Positions 9,390 to 20,000 of a stretch of 20,000 nt of DNA are shown here, piece after piece (positions within the stretch are counted from its first letter, which is position 1; the number at the start of each line of letters is the position of its first letter). This DNA comes from Chiloscyllium plagiosum. Taxonomy: Eukaryota. The DNA is taken from contig NC_057758.1 of NCBI RefSeq assembly GCF_004010195.1, forward strand, positions 1,793,499 through 1,813,498. Direction: 5' to 3'. The translations under genes were made by a program, and so were the position numbers. Below the pieces are notes generated by a model. That model saw nothing but the letters and a program-made list of their open reading frames with translations, did no database searches and was not told where the DNA came from.

Positions 9390-10700
9390 TGAAAAATGAC
9401 AGATTACGACTTCTTTACACAGGTTTGCTCCACGTCATAGAACCACATTTTTATGGGGAAATGGAAGCCGTAACGTATTCAGCCGGTTGAAAAACCTTTA
9501 GAACTTCATCAAGCTGTATTAGTGGTGGGTTATAGAAAGGAGGTGTTGCCGGTCTGTGGCGCTATAAGAATAAAAACTGAAAAAAACTAAAGGAAAAATT
9601 TCCCTCACCTACAACAGAATGGCACAGTGATATTAAATAGACAACTTCATAGTTATTCTGTCAAGATTAGTTGCACTTATCCACAAAAGAGTAGGATATT
9701 TCTCATAAAAAAGGTTTATTTTCGGGAAGAGGTTCAATTAGTAAATTGACACAATTGATTGAGATAATGTCTTTAACCATGAAAGAAATGTTACGACATT
9801 CAGAAGAGTTGCAATCGATCTGAAAGAAATGAAAATTCCGAGCATGACGCTACAGCCGAGGTGAGAAAAGTAAATAAGATTGACGAACATCTTAAATTAA
9901 GCTCGATTCACCGCGATGAGAAGTAATTCAGACAGAGTCAATACAAGTGAGGATGATGCTTTGCTGGAAAATGGGTGATTGAGGTAGGACTAGTGAGTTG
10001 TAACAGTTTCTGGGAGCACAAACAAGTGACAGCGTGTTCTCGGGTGCTTGTATGGGTAGCAGCTCTGCAGGTGTTTTGAACTATACACAAGAATAGATAC
10101 CTGAGCACGCCAATATTTGTGAGGAATTGGACGCATTGAACATTTCGAAGATATTATAGGGATCAGGGATACTTTGTGAGAGAAGTCTGACTGCGAAAAA
10201 AAAGACAGCATCATTAACAAAAAGAGTCGGCAGCAGAATCGAAGTGGAGGCAGAGTTTATATTCAGGAGATGGAATAGCATACCTAAATCTTGGGGAGAT
10301 TATTAAAGCCAGGCACACAACGATGCAACTTAAAGGATTAAGGGTGGAAATAACGTGGCAAATGATTATGTATAGTTTGGAATCAGCGGCAAAATATGAC
10401 GTTTGTGGCAGGAATAGATACTTACTACTGTAATAATGTTTAACTAATCAAAGTTGTGTTAAACAAGCTGCTTCAAATCCCAAAACAATTTGCAGAACTA
10501 TTTGGAATATGTGCCTCCTTCTAGAGCTTGCGACCTGACAGATACCTTTCAGCAGTTAAGTATGGAATGTGTGTTGTTAAATTTCCCACTATTGGAAGAG
10601 ACCCTGTATTTGGTAGAGAATTACAACGCATGAATACGAGCGAATTTATTGGAAAACCTCATTGAGAAAGAAAAACAGTCGTTGGCTAACCTCAGTAAGT
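9390..10700 (+). mobile_element. Very degenerate LTR-retroelement/ERV pol remnant (integrase core best supported)
   Basis: tggcaaatgattat (10356-10369, WQ-DY with 1-nt loss), FVAGIDTY (~10402-10425) and LVENYN (10610-10627) occur in the order of ERV-L integrase WQVDY..FVLTGIDTY..LIERWN. The upstream extent is a guess. Confidence 0.4.
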
Positions 10701-10794
10701 CTGGCTATATCTGTGTGAGGATACAATGTTCACGTTTCGAATCGTTCATCAGAATTGTTCTAGTCAAGAGTACCTGAACTCAGAATTTATATCC

Positions 10795-10895
10795 ACTTTC
10801 TTCCCGCAGATTCTTCCAGAACTGCAGAGTTCCTCCAGCAATTTCTATTTTTTTCTCCAGATCTACAGCATCAGCAGTTTGGTGTTTTCTATTCA
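10795..10895 (+). mobile_element. Short Penelope-type 3' terminal fragment
   Basis: ctgcagagttcctccagcaatttctatttttt..cagatctacagcatcagcagt resembles the PLE tails at 4940-4995 and 1692-1745. Confidence 0.55.
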
Positions 10896-11553
10896 AACCT
10901 CACTCAACTGGAAATTGGAGGAACAATATTTGAGGTGCACGGTGCACTCTCAACTTGGCAACCTGCAAACAGCTGTCTCAGGCTGTACATGGAAAATGTA
11001 TAATTGTACTCAAATGGCATATGCAGCGTTGAAAGGAACTTGCAATGCAAGTACAGGATGAAATATGAATGGAGAGTAAGCAGTACCAAGAGAAATACAG
11101 ACGAAGCTTAACTTTTCACTAAAGACATTTTTAATGATGGCAAACAGATATTTCACATCATTTGTTTCACTCCTCTCCGGACTTTCTATATTTTACTATG
11201 TAAGTGCATTTGTTGCCACGTGAATTTAGAAGCCAACGAAAGAATCCAAGTTATTGAGCAATATAGAACGATCATAAAGTGTTTTGTGTGCATAATTAAA
11301 GTTTCTAACTGGCAAGTTTAAGCAATGCACAACAGATTCTGGGTAATACAAGATGGAGGACGGGAAAATTTTGTGGCTGGAAGAGCTGCACCTTTTTTGA
11401 CGTATTTTAGGTATTGGTGGTGATTTCCTCGAACAGCAATTACTGGTTTATATGCTGTTGCATTGTTTTGGAATTTAGGAACAAAAAAGTCAAAACAACA
11501 GCAGTTTGAAATGGAGAAGAGCAGACAGAAGAAGCACATGGTGAGGACAGTGC

Positions 11554-11555
<2 letters not shown>

Positions 11556-11603
<48 letters not shown>
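11556..11603. repeat. (GA)24 microsatellite within the presumed CR1 5' UTR
   Basis: Perfect GA dinucleotide run. Confidence 0.97.
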
Positions 11604-11610
<7 letters not shown>

Positions 11611-11950
11611 CCTGCACAGTTACCGCCTTTGCTCTTTGAATTCGTGTATTGCTGGACATCGGAGTGCCTCTGGGAAAATTAACAAACAAATTCGCAACTA
11701 TTCTTGGAGGAACTGTTGGGCGAAGTTCACAGCACAGAAACAGATAAGTTAATTGTTCTTTTAAGTCTGTCCAAGAGAAAGGCTGCAGTAGTGAGTATAG
11801 TGGATTCTTTCTTGATTATATGTTTTAGGAGATATGTCTCTTCATTAAACTTAAAACATAAGCCATAGCTATTAATTGAACCTGGAGCATTGTTTGTCGA
11901 GAAATATGACGGTGTTATTTTCTGGGTCTGTAGATTTTGAAGGAGCAAAA

Positions 11951-12869
11951 ATGGCCTTTGCAGTGATATGTACTTCTTGTCAGATGTGTGAATTTAAAGA
12001 GAGTTTAAGGGTTACTGCGGATTATATCTGCCATAAATGCTGTTGGATGCGAATCTTACCAGATGGAGTGGATCGATTGGAGAGTCAGATAGAAGCGATG
12101 AGGAATTTGAAACAGTATGTGATGTATGGCAGTTATAGGAAGGGGGAAGGTCTCAGATACAGTCACATAGATGGGTTAATTCCAGGAAGGGTGAGAGAGG
12201 TCGGCACTTAGGGCAGGAGTCTTTTGTGGATATACCCATTTCAAACAGTCTGCTGTTTTGGAAAATGTAGGGGGTGTTGGATTCTCAGGGGAAAGTAGCA
12301 CGAACAGCCAAGTTTCTGATATTGAAACTGACTCTAATGCAACGAGGGGTACGTCGGCTTCCAATAGATCAATTGTGTTAGGGGATTCTGTAGTCAGAGG
12401 TACAGACAGACATTTCTGTGGCCAGCAGAGAAAAAGCAGAATGGTGTGTTGTTTCCCTGGTACCAGGATCAACGATGTCTCAGAGAGGGTGCAGAATGTT
12501 CTCAAGGGGGAGAGGGGTCAGCAGGAGGTCATTGTCCACATTGGAACTAACGACATTGGAAGGGAAAAGGTTGAGACTCTGAAGGGAGATTACAGAGAGT
12601 TAGGCAGAAATTTAAAAAGGAGGTCCTCAAGTGCAGTAATATCTGGATTACTCCCAGTGCTACGAGTTAGTGAGGGCAGGAATAGGAGGATAGAGCAGAT
12701 GAATGCATGGCTGAGGAGCTCGTGTATGGGAGAAGGATTCACATTTTTGGATCATTGGAATCTCTTTTGGGGCAGAAGTGACCTGTACAAGCACGACGGA
12801 TTGCACCTAAATTGGAAGGGGACTGATATACTGGCAGGGAAATTTGCTAGAAATGCTTGGGAGGACTAA
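11951..12869 (+). pseudogene. CR1 ORF1: zinc finger/leucine zipper plus SGNH esterase domain, frameshifted
   Basis: MAFAVICTSCQM...YICHKC...VDRLESQIEAMRNL, then in ORF 12258..12869 IVLGDSVVR, CCFPG, VHIGTND, DGLHLN (SGNH blocks). Confidence 0.9.
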
Positions 12870-13005
12870 TACTAGTAAGGTTGGGGGTGGGTGGGGTCGG
12901 ACCCAGGGAGATAGTGAGGAAAGAGATCGATCTGAGACGGGTATAGTTGAGAACGGAAGTGAGCCAAACAATCAGGGCAGGCAGGGACAAGGTAGAACTA
13001 ATAAG

Positions 13006-15530
13006 TTAAATTGCATTTATTTCAATGCCAGGGGCCTAACAGGGAAGGCAGATGAACTCAGGGCATGGTTAGGAACATGGGACTGGGATATCATAGCAAT
13101 TATGGAAACATGGCTCAGGGATGGGCAGGACTGGCAGCTTAATGTTCCAGGATACAAATGCTACAGGAAGGATAGAAAGGGAGGCAAGAGAGGAGGGGGA
13201 GTGACATTTTTGATAAGAGATAGCATTACAACTGTACTGAGGGAAGATATTCTCGGAGATACATGCAGGGACGTTATTTGGGTGGAACTGAGAAATATGT
13301 AAGTGATGATCACTTTATTGACTTTGTATTATAGACCCCCAATAATCAGAGGGAAATTGAGAAACAAACTTGTAAGGTGATCTCAGCTATCTGTAAGAAT
13401 AAAGAGTAGTTATGGTAGGGGATTTTAACTTTCCAAACATCGACTGGGACTGCCATAGTGTTAAAGGTTTAGATGGAGAAGAATTTGCTGAGTGTGTATA
13501 AGACAAGAATCTGATTCAGTATGTGGATGAACCTACTAGAGAAGGTACAAAACTTGAACTACTATTAGGAAATAAGGCAGGGCAGGTGACTGAGGTGTGA
13601 GTGGGGGAGCACTTTGGGGCCAGCGACCATAATTCTATTCGTTTTAAAATAGTGATGGAAAAGGATAGACTAGATCTAAAAGTTGAAGTCCTAAATTGGA
13701 GAAAGGCCAATTTTTACGGTACGAGGCAAAAACTTTCGAAAGCTGATTGGAGGCAGATGTTCGCAGGTAAAGGGGCGGCTGGAAAATGGGAAGCCTTCGG
13801 AAATGAGACAACAAAAATCCAGAGAAAGTATATTCCTGTCAGGGTGAAAGGGAAGGTTGGTAGGTATCGGAATGTTGATGACTAAAGAAGTTGAGGGTTT
13901 TGCTAAGAAAAAGAAGAACGCATATGTCAGGAATAGACAGGATAGATCGAGTGAATCCTTAGAAGAGCATAAAGAAAGTAGGAGTATACTTAAGAGAGAA
14001 ATCAGGAGGAAAAAACGGAGACATGAGATAGCTTTGGCAAATAGAATTAAGGAGAATCCAAAGCGTTTTTACAAATATATTAAGGACAAAAGGGTAACTA
14101 GGGAGAGAATATGACCCCTCAAATATCAGCAAGACGGCCTTTGTGTGGAGCCACAGGAAATGGGGGAGATATTAAATGAATGCTTTGCATCGGTATTTCG
14201 TGTGTAAAAGGATATGGAAGATAAACTGTAGAGAAATAGATGGTGACATCTTGCAAAATGCCCAGATGACAGAGGAGGAAGTGCTGGATGTCTTGAAACG
14301 GTTAAAAGTAGATACATCCCCAGGACCTGATCAGGTGTACCCGAAAACTCAATGGGAAGCTAGAGAAGTGATTGTTGGGCCTCTTGCTGAGATATTTGTA
14401 TCATCGATAGTCACAGGTGAGGTGCCGGAGGACGGGAAGTTGGCAAACGTAGTGCCACTGTTTAAGAAGGGCGGTAAAGACAAGCCAGGGAAGTATAGGC
14501 CGGTGAGCCTGTCCTCGGTGGTGGGCAAGTTATTGGAGGGAATCCTGAGGGACAGGATGTATATGTATTTGGAAAGGCAAGGACTGATTCGGGATAGTCA
14601 ACATGGCTTTGTGCATGGGAAATCATGTCTCACAAACTTGATTGAGTTGTTTGAAGAAGTAACAAAGATTGATGAGAGCAGATCTATTCGGACTTCAGTA
14701 AGGCATTTGGTAAGGTTCTTGCAGATGACACCAAAATTGGAGGTGTAGTGGACAGTGAAGAGGGTTACCCCAGATAACAACAGGATCCTGACCAGATGGG
14801 CCAATGGGCTGAGAAATGGCAGATGGAGTTTAATTCAGATAAATGTGAGGTGCTGCATTTTGGGAACGCAAATCTTATCAGGACTTATACGCTTAATGGT
14901 AAGGTCCTAGGGAGTGTTGCTGAACAAAGAGAGCTTGAAGTCCAGGTTCATAGCTCCTTAAAAGTGGAGTCGCAGGTAGGAAAGTGAAGAAGGCGTTTGG
15001 TATGCTTTCCTTTATTGGTTGGAGTATTGAGAACAGGAGTTGGGAGGTCATGTTCCGGCTGTACAGGCCATTGGTTAGGGCACTGTTGGAATATTGCGTG
15101 CAATTCTGGTCTCCTTTCTATCGGAAAGATGTTTTGAAACTTGAAACGGTTCAGGAAAGATTTACAAGGATGCTGCCAAGGTTGGAGGATCTGAGCTGCA
15201 GGGAGAGGCTGCACAGGCTGGGGGCTGTTCTCCCTGTAGCGTCAGAGTCTGAGGGGTGACCTTACAGAGGTTTACAAATTTATGAAGGGCATGGATAGGA
15301 TAAGTAGACAAAGTGTTTTCCCTGGGGTCGAAGAGTCTAGAACTAGAGGGCATAGGTTTCGGGTGAGAGTGGAAAGATATAAAAGGGACATACGGGGCAA
15401 CTTTTTCACGCAGAGTGTGGTACGTGTGTGGAATTAGCTGCCAGAGGAAGTGATGGAGGCTGGTACAATTGCAACATTTAAGAGGCATTTGGATGGTTAT
15501 ATGAATAGGAAGGGTTTGTAGGGATATGGG
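13006..15530 (+). pseudogene. CR1 ORF2 (APE endonuclease + reverse transcriptase), multiple stops/frameshifts and an internal deletion
   Basis: CIYFNARGL, IIAIMETWL, GGGV, GDFNFP, SDHN, SPGPDQVYP, YRPVSL, QHGFVHGKSCLTNL, ADDTK, WAEKWQMEFN, LEYCVQFWSP. Confidence 0.95.
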
Positions 15531-16299
15531 CTGGGTGCAGGCAGGTGGGACTGGATTGAGTTGGGATATCTGGTCGGCATGGACGGGTTGGACCGAAGGG
15601 TCTGTTTCCATGCTGTACATCTCTATGACCCTATGACTCTATATGTTATCCACAACAGCAGAGACGTGAAAGACAAAGCAAGGATGAAAACTTTTGATTG
15701 CTTGGATTCTTCATTTCAGGCTCAAAAATCATTTTACATCCTCAAGTGACCACCAGTGATTACAATATTTCAGACAACCAGAGCATTGAAGACCAAAGTA
15801 CAAATGCTCAGAAGCAGAGGCGTTTGGAGACTGTGCATCCTTTCAGATATTGTCCAAAATACTAAGAGAAGTAGTCAGTTGTTTGTTTCCAAAACTATCT
15901 CACCATATCGATGTGTTTTCAAGGAACAAAAAGTATCAGGTAAGGACCTCAAGCAGATAACAATACTCACAGTTACAATCACCACGGTTGCTGCATTCGT
16001 ATTGTAAAGTTTTGGTTTCAGATTCTGGGAACAGAATAGATGGGAACAGACCGATTATTTTCAAAGTGACTGAACAAAACAGAACAATCGAGGATTGCAT
16101 AATGCAAGAAGAGAATTGGCGATTATAAAGGAGTAATGAAAGTTATGAAGAAATAAATGTCATTAAGTCATTTCAATATAACATTAAAAATGGTAAGCAG
16201 TCCATCCGACAGATACTGCCGCTCGATAGTGATTAATACATTTGGAGATTCCACATTTCTCTCGTTTCAAAACAACAATCACCATTGAACTATCTGTAG

Positions 16300-16480
16300 G
16301 AAATCGAATTCAATATCAACAAATTTATGGCAATCTTTACTGTGCCACCAAAAATGTAGCTTCACGGGACGACACTGAAAATCTATAGTTATCCAGGAGG
16401 TGTATTAATTGAATGCCTTCGCCCAGAAGAGCACAATACATTATATAATATTTGAAGACAATTATACCAAGGGATCGCAA
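16300..16480 (+). mobile_element. Possible ancient LINE RT C-terminal remnant
   Basis: gaattcaatatcaacaaa (EFNINK, cf. MEFNxxKC), followed by tatccaggag and gaagagcac (YLG- and WxEH-like). Confidence 0.3.
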
Positions 16481-18544
16481 ACGTGATGGGTTATAAAATA
16501 CGGTAATACAGTTGGGATAATTGCAACGTGTATGCAGTACACGAATTCACTTTAAATTTCGGGTGTTGACAGTGAATATTTCACAGGACCAGGAAAGCAT
16601 TTTTATTCGTAACTGATAGCATAATGTAAATAAAAGTGCCAGCGCATGCATAGCATATAGCTTTATCGGTAATTAACATGACAATAAAACTGATTTGGGA
16701 CGCTTTTAAGGAAATGAATCAGAGGCCTTGCACCTAACCAAATACTTTTCCTCACTCATATTCAGAGCGTTCGAAGAGTGAACTTTCGTGTTCGATTATC
16801 TTTGATCAGAATTGAATGCATTTGGCATTTTGCAGATTGTAAGAAGACATCAAGCAAGTCAAAGAGGTAATCCTGAAAGCCAATTGTAGATTATTTGCTG
16901 TACAAGCAGGATATTTAAGATAAGACGTGGCAGTGGCCATTTTAAAGTGAGACTGAAAATAGCCTGATCAAAAAGCAGTTATCATGGCAAACAGCTGCTG
17001 ATCTGCATTGCATTTCATGCTTTTTTTTCTTTTTGTCTGTCCTGCTTTCAACTCCATTGCAAACTGACCGTGTGGTTCCTTCATTATCCTTTCATTTCCA
17101 TGCCTGTTTAGTTGCCTTGGAAGTAGTTGCAATAAAGGAAAGATCAGAGACTTGGAAAAGACAGGTGTATAAGTGCAGATTCAATATTAATATATAATAG
17201 TTAATGTACAACAGGCATGTTCATGATTTCGTTATTTTCCTAGAATACACCACGTCCAAATGGCAATTTGCAAAATTAAATATGGCTTAATTGAATTTGA
17301 AAGATAATTGGATAAATCATTATCTGGATAAAAAAGCTGATGCTATGTGACTGGACGAATCCAGCTGATAGATTAGCAAGTCACATTCAACACTGACATC
17401 TATTGTACTGAAGATCAACTTACAGTGAAACAATTACCCGCATTCTCTAATGAATAATGGCAACTATATATCAGAAACAGTCTCAGAAACATTGATTTTT
17501 AACCAAATATAACTACGTCATTCAATCTATTTGAAACAAGTTTGCAAAACGCGTCACAGTAACAACAGCTCGAATTTTAGCAAGTGGGAGGGGAGTGGGC
17601 TTCGTGACTGTTGCCATGGACTTCTTGACATCGGAACATTGTGCACATCTTCTGTGCTTCATTTCATCGATGGCGTTGTGAAAGGTATGATTTCACAACC
17701 TTTGGATTTCCTGTCAGCAGCAACTATTCAGGAATTTCCCAGAAAGTCTAAACTGTGAACGGGCAATTTGTAGATTTCTGAACACCTTTGAGAATGTAAT
17801 TAACTCTGGGCTACTATTGGAGAATGAATGTTCTATGGAAGCTACAGTTAGAGTTGACAATGTAGCATTCAACAAATAAAATACGGTCTTCCATTTTAGG
17901 CATCGAAGCAACTGAACTCAAACAATCTGAGTCAACAGTTACCTCTTTCACTACCTGACTTTCCCCTAATCTCCCAAACTGCATTCTCAAACTTCCTCGC
18001 CAATGATGTGCTGATAATGTCTGAAAACGTCAACGTCCCCACCATTGATTATCACGTTTTATTATTGTAAATATTCCAGAAATGATGCAATTTGATTCAT
18101 CATGAATAATCACATGAACACTGAGACTAAATTTGTCCCAACTTTGACGTTTCACTGCTTGAAATCTTCCCAAATCCCGCAGTTAGCTACTTCAGAAATG
18201 TAGAACATTTCCCAATTTCCTTCCGTCAGTAATTGAGAAATGTTATTTGATCTGTTATCTTTATTGATACCTTCTATCATACTGAATTCCCACCCCTATT
18301 ATCCAGTGCAGTGAAAAAAATGAATAATTTATATATCATTTAAGCAACTGATGCTGCATTGAAATCTATATTTAAACATAATATGATTTTCTTTTCACTT
18401 CCACCCCTAGATGTTGCCAAACTAGAAAATGCAATCAAAGTTCAAGAAATCTACAGCTATCCTACTGAACCAATCTACAGCACGACCATGTGCTTGTCGT
18501 GGGAAAGCATTTCACATGCCGTTAAAATATTCTGTTTGCCGAAT

Positions 18545-18655
18545 ACAGGACAATCGTGTCAAATTGAGTCCATTCAAAGAAGGTTTATTCAGTTGTTTCC
18601 ATGAATAACAATTTTGTCTGATGAGGATAGACTGTACTAGCTAAACGTGCCCAAG
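18545..18655 (+). mobile_element. Ancient CR1-clade ORF2 C-terminal remnant
   Basis: IESIQRRFIQLFP*ITILSDEDRLY*LNVP parallels LERVQRRCTRMLPGMENRSYEDRL of the 4004-4888 CR1. Confidence 0.65.
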
Positions 18656-18963
18656 TAAACTAACAGCAACATTTCAAATCCAAAATACAGAATCATAGAA
18701 AATTGTTTTCTGCATTTGTCATTATGAGACTGACCTGTGCATATTCGTCAAAAAGGATCAGATCTTGAATACATTGTAGTAGTGAGTGGTACATCTCAAA
18801 CAACGAAATACTGAAATAAGTGTAAAGTTTAAAGTCCATGTTAAAAATATGCAAATCAAAATTTCGCTTTGCTGAGTTGTTTAATCTTCTAAACACATAC
18901 CTAACTAAAATTATAAATGCAAGTCTCTCTCATTTCCAATCAACACGATGGTTTGATACCAAT

Positions 18964-19008
18964 TGTGTGTGTGTGTGCGTGTTTGTGTGTGTATATGTGG
19001 GTGTGTGT
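18964..19008. repeat. Imperfect (TG)n microsatellite
   Basis: tgtgtgtgtgtgtgcgtgtttgtgtgtgtatatgtgggtgtgtgt. Confidence 0.9.
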
Positions 19009-19204
19009 ACATATTACTTCAATGAGAAACGCAAGCCAGTCTAATTTCCATGAACAAGGCAAGACATTTAATCAACCCTCATCAACAAATACGGTTTTTA
19101 ACCTCTTTAGAACCAAGGATGCTAACGGGTATGGAAGATTTCCGTTATAAAGGTAAGTGTGATGGCGTTGGCGGTCTGCTGCTGAAGAATAGCCAGTTAC
19201 AAAG

Positions 19205-19580
19205 TGATTGAAAAGAGTTTCTAAAATCATGATGGATATAGGTAAAATTAATGGTCAGTGTCTATTCCATGAGATGGGTAATTTTAAGACGAGAGAGCAT
19301 GCATTGTGGTGAGACGAAATCAATACTTAAGAAACACACGAGTGTCATTGTCTTTTTACACAGAGGGTGGTTTGCCTGTGGTATTTGCTTCCTGAGGAAG
19401 TCGTTAATGTGGGAATAGTTGCAACGTTTGAAAGAAATTCAGATGAAAACCTAAATGCATGAGGGTTTGAATGGATATAGGACCAGAAGCAGGACTCTTG
19501 GAATACGCTAATTTGAGTTTTTGTTCGACATTGGTAGGTTGGACTGAAAGGGCTGTGTATGTTCTGTTTGACTACATGGC
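19205..19580 (+). mobile_element. Decayed CR1 3'-end fragment
   Basis: tttttacacagagggtgg, cttcctgaggaagt and ttggactgaaagggctgt are colinear with 15400-15610. Confidence 0.8.
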
Positions 19581-19642
19581 ATTTCTTATGCATAAGTAAT
19601 CAAATGCTAGCTTTGTTGAATTAAACGGGATCGCACATCTAC

Positions 19643-19869
19643 ATGAAAATAATGGATGAAGACTCGCCATCTGAGGTAGTTTGGGCTGAGGTTAGGAATA
19701 GGAAAGGTGAGGTCACACTGTTAGGTGTTTTCTACAAGCCTCCTAGAGACGTAGAAGAAAGGATTGCGAGGATGATTCAAGAGAAGAATGAAAGTAATAG
19801 GGTGGTTGTTATGGGGGACTTTAACTTTCCTGATATTGATTGGGAAAGCTATAGCTCAAGTTCGTTAGA
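19643..19869 (+). mobile_element. CR1 ORF2 endonuclease fragment, interrupted by a SINE
   Basis: EVVWAEVRNRKGEVTLLGVFYKPP...VVVMGDFNFPDIDW. Confidence 0.9.
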
Positions 19870-20000
19870 TTAGATTAGATTAGATTACATTACAGTGTGG
19901 AAACAGGCCCTTCGGCCCAACAAGTCCACACCGACCCGCCGAAGCGAAACCCACCCATATCCCTACATTTACCCCTTACCTAACACTACGGGCAATTTAG
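19865..20000 (-). mobile_element. HE1-type shark SINE, 3' portion, runs off window end
   Basis: (TTAGA)n tail at 19865-19886, CR1-derived 3' end cagtgtggaaacaggcccttcggcccaa, and body cctaacactacgggcaatttag as in the recalled HE1 consensus. Confidence 0.85.

Larger units (their letters stand above)
11336..15641 (+). mobile_element. Near full-length, inactivated CR1 LINE (5' UTR, ORF1, ORF2, 3' UTR)
   Basis: ORF1 and ORF2 motifs occur in order. 3' end gaccgaagggtctgtttcc..ctctatgaccctatgactctat. The 5' boundary is uncertain (possible TSD CACAACAG at 11328-11335 and 15651-15658). Confidence 0.9.

Noticed and set aside
11318..11689. 123-aa minus ORF with a poly-LS tract
   Set aside because: Artefact of the (GA)24 microsatellite.
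15660..18500. AT-rich stretch as host exons or a conserved enhancer; faint EN-like words near 17590-18260
   Set aside because: No convincing ORF, splice pair or motif series; conservation cannot be judged without alignments.
18618..18650. CTGATGA as another hammerhead core
   Set aside because: No stem II or correctly placed GAAA; it lies in CR1 coding remnant (LSDEDRL).

Overview
Repeat-dense eukaryotic non-coding DNA, very likely from a shark. The HE1-type SINE, CR1 LINEs and Penelope-like elements resemble those of cartilaginous fish; this taxon call comes from recalled repeat consensi, not a search. No intact cellular gene is recognisable, and nearly all listed ORFs are retroelement fragments or their antisense shadows. 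Contents: (1) a nest at 230-2482, in which an old LINE holds a CR1 3' end (itself split by a Mutator-like foldback MITE with a 9-bp TSD) and a ~160-bp Penelope mini-element with a 15-bp TSD; (2) a decayed Penelope-like element (2942-5009) with inverted termini whose hammerhead ribozyme core was hit by a CR1 insertion; (3) two more pieces of the same old LINE family; (4) a very decayed probable retroviral pol/integrase (~9.4-10.7 kb); (5) a near full-length but broken CR1 (11.3-15.6 kb) with a zinc-finger/SGNH-esterase ORF1 and an internally deleted RT; (6) further CR1/L2 fragments, microsatellites and a terminal HE1 SINE. One low-confidence candidate host terminal exon lies at 5288-5454 (-). 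I do not see convincing evidence of a wholly new biological system. The best leads are the MULE MITE, the hammerhead-bearing Penelope elements and the possible class III-like ERV fossil.
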